A DNA stretch of 64,000 nucleotides. Source: Trichoplax adhaerens. Taxonomy: Eukaryota > Animalia > Placozoa. The DNA lies in contig NW_002060943.1 in NCBI RefSeq assembly GCF_000150275.1, forward strand, positions 3,222,444-3,286,443, given 5' to 3'. Positions within the stretch are counted from its first letter, which is position 1. Each line of letters begins with the position of its first letter. Positions 62,849 through 64,000 of the stretch are shown here, in pieces. The notes beneath the pieces are model-generated. The model made no database searches and was not told the origin of the DNA. It saw nothing but the letters and a program-made list of their open reading frames with translations. The translations under genes and the position numbers were made by a program.

Positions 62849-64000
62849 ATGTCATCAAAGATACCTTGCACGCTGGTGTGGTTACGCCGAGATTTAAGAC
62901 TCATTGATAATCCTGCATTATTTCATGCTGCAAAACGTGGTCAACTTATTACTGTTTACATTTTCGATGAAGATTGCTCTGGCAGGAGGAAAACAGGCCA
63001 AGCTTGTTTATGGTGGCTGTATCATAGCTTGAAATCATTGCATAATCAACTAAGCCAATGGAACATTCCTCTTATTATGAAAAGCGGTAATGATGCATTT
63101 ACTATTTTAAAGGAATTGCTCGATAGTTATAACGCCGATACAATTTATTGGAATCGTTGTTATGAACCATTTGAATATAATCGAGATTGCTCCATAGAAG
63201 AAAAATTAAAAATGGAAAACGTTACCGTTGAAACCTATCAAGATAGAGTATTATTCGAACCATGGACAATCAAGACAGCCAAAGGAGGACCTGTACAGAT
63301 ATATATTCACTTCTGGAATCAGTGCTTGTCACTGCCACAACCTCGCAAACCTTACGACAAACCTAAATTTAAGAATCAAACTGGGTGCCAAAGTAAATGC
63401 GATGAGCCAGCAGTGTGGCAACGATTGGCCAAATTATCACAGGATATGCCAATGAAATTACAAGATTTCTGGCATCCAGGCGAGGAGCAAGCAATTTCAA
63501 AACTAAAATCCTTTATTAAAAATTCATTAAATGCTTATGCAGAAAAGAGTCAATGCCTGCGGTTAAATACAACATCCAATTTATCACCTTACTTACATTT
63601 CGGTGAGATTAGCCCTTTCACTGTCTGGCATAGTGTTCGTCACGCATCCTCCTCTGCAGAGCCACCTGCAGTCAAATCAGAAAGCTTAAAACAATATCTT
63701 CGTTCGCTAGGATGGAGAGAATACACATGCCACTTACTATTTCATTACCCTGATTTACCTCAGAAATGTTTTCGATCCAGTTTTGAGCAATTAAAACTAC
63801 AAGTCGATCCAGTCAAATTGCAATCATGGCAGCAAGGTAACACCGGTTATCCAGTTGTTGATGCTGGCATGCGCCAACTCTCAGTGGCAGGTATCATGCC
63901 GAATCGTCTTCGAATGATTGTGGCGTCATTTTTAATTAAGCACTTATTAGTCCCATGGCAAAAAGGAGAAGAATGGTTCTGGAGCAAATTAATTGATGCT
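62849..64000 (+). CDS. Photolyase/cryptochrome family, class III CPD photolyase / plant-cryptochrome-like; intronless so far, 3' end outside the window
   Basis: 384 uninterrupted codons from ATG 62849 (absent from the ORF track because there is no stop): LVWLRRDLRLIDNPAL, ACLWWLYHSL, WNRCYEP, LFEPWTIKT, FW, W.PGE, TSNLSPYLHFGEISP, LGWREY, WQQGNTGYPVVDAGMRQL, NRLRMIVASFLIKHLLVPWQKGEEWFW. Confidence 0.93.
   Translation, partial: MSSKIPCTLVWLRRDLRLIDNPALFHAAKRGQLITVYIFDEDCSGRRKTGQACLWWLYHSLKSLHNQLSQWNIPLIMKSGNDAFTILKELLDSYNADTIYWNRCYEPFEYNRDCSIEEKLKMENVTVETYQDRVLFEPWTIKTAKGGPVQIYIHFWNQCLSLPQPRKPYDKPKFKNQTGCQSKCDEPAVWQRLAKLSQDMPMKLQDFWHPGEEQAISKLKSFIKNSLNAYAEKSQCLRLNTTSNLSPYLHFGEISPFTVWHSVRHASSSAEPPAVKSESLKQYLRSLGWREYTCHLLFHYPDLPQKCFRSSFEQLKLQVDPVKLQSWQQGNTGYPVVDAGMRQLSVAGIMPNRLRMIVASFLIKHLLVPWQKGEEWFWSKLIDA

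Overview
AT-rich, gene-dense eukaryotic DNA with many short (~70-200 nt) GT-AG introns and metazoan-type genes. The style suggests a placozoan (Trichoplax-like); this is an inference. Genes reconstructed by hand from splice sites: a multi-SIM RING-H2 E3 ligase (+), C2CD5 (-), a pepsin-family aspartic protease (-), a single-exon Myb/SANT-like protein (+), lipoyltransferase LIPT1/LplA (-), eIF3M (-) head-to-head with ARL1 (+), DNA polymerase delta catalytic subunit POLD1 (-) head-to-head with IFTAP/C11orf74/NWC (+), a secreted D8C-EGF protein (-), and an intronless class III/plant-type photolyase-cryptochrome (+) that runs off the window end. There are also a MITE, several tandem repeats, TACTG/CAGTA pentamer mosaics near gene 5' ends, and three assembly gaps. 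Top observation: the POLD1 keeps its polymerase motifs and both C-terminal Cys clusters but has lost a catalytic carboxylate in each of the three 3'-5' exonuclease motifs (DIE>DIM, NFD>NSS, YCLKD>YCLKN), so it is a predicted naturally proofreading-dead Pol delta. Also notable: a probable minor-spliceosome AT-AA intron splitting the catalytic K|ISGSA motif of LIPT1, a bacterial/plant-type cryptochrome-like gene missing conserved tryptophans, and a MITE with an apparent 13-bp palindromic target-site duplication.
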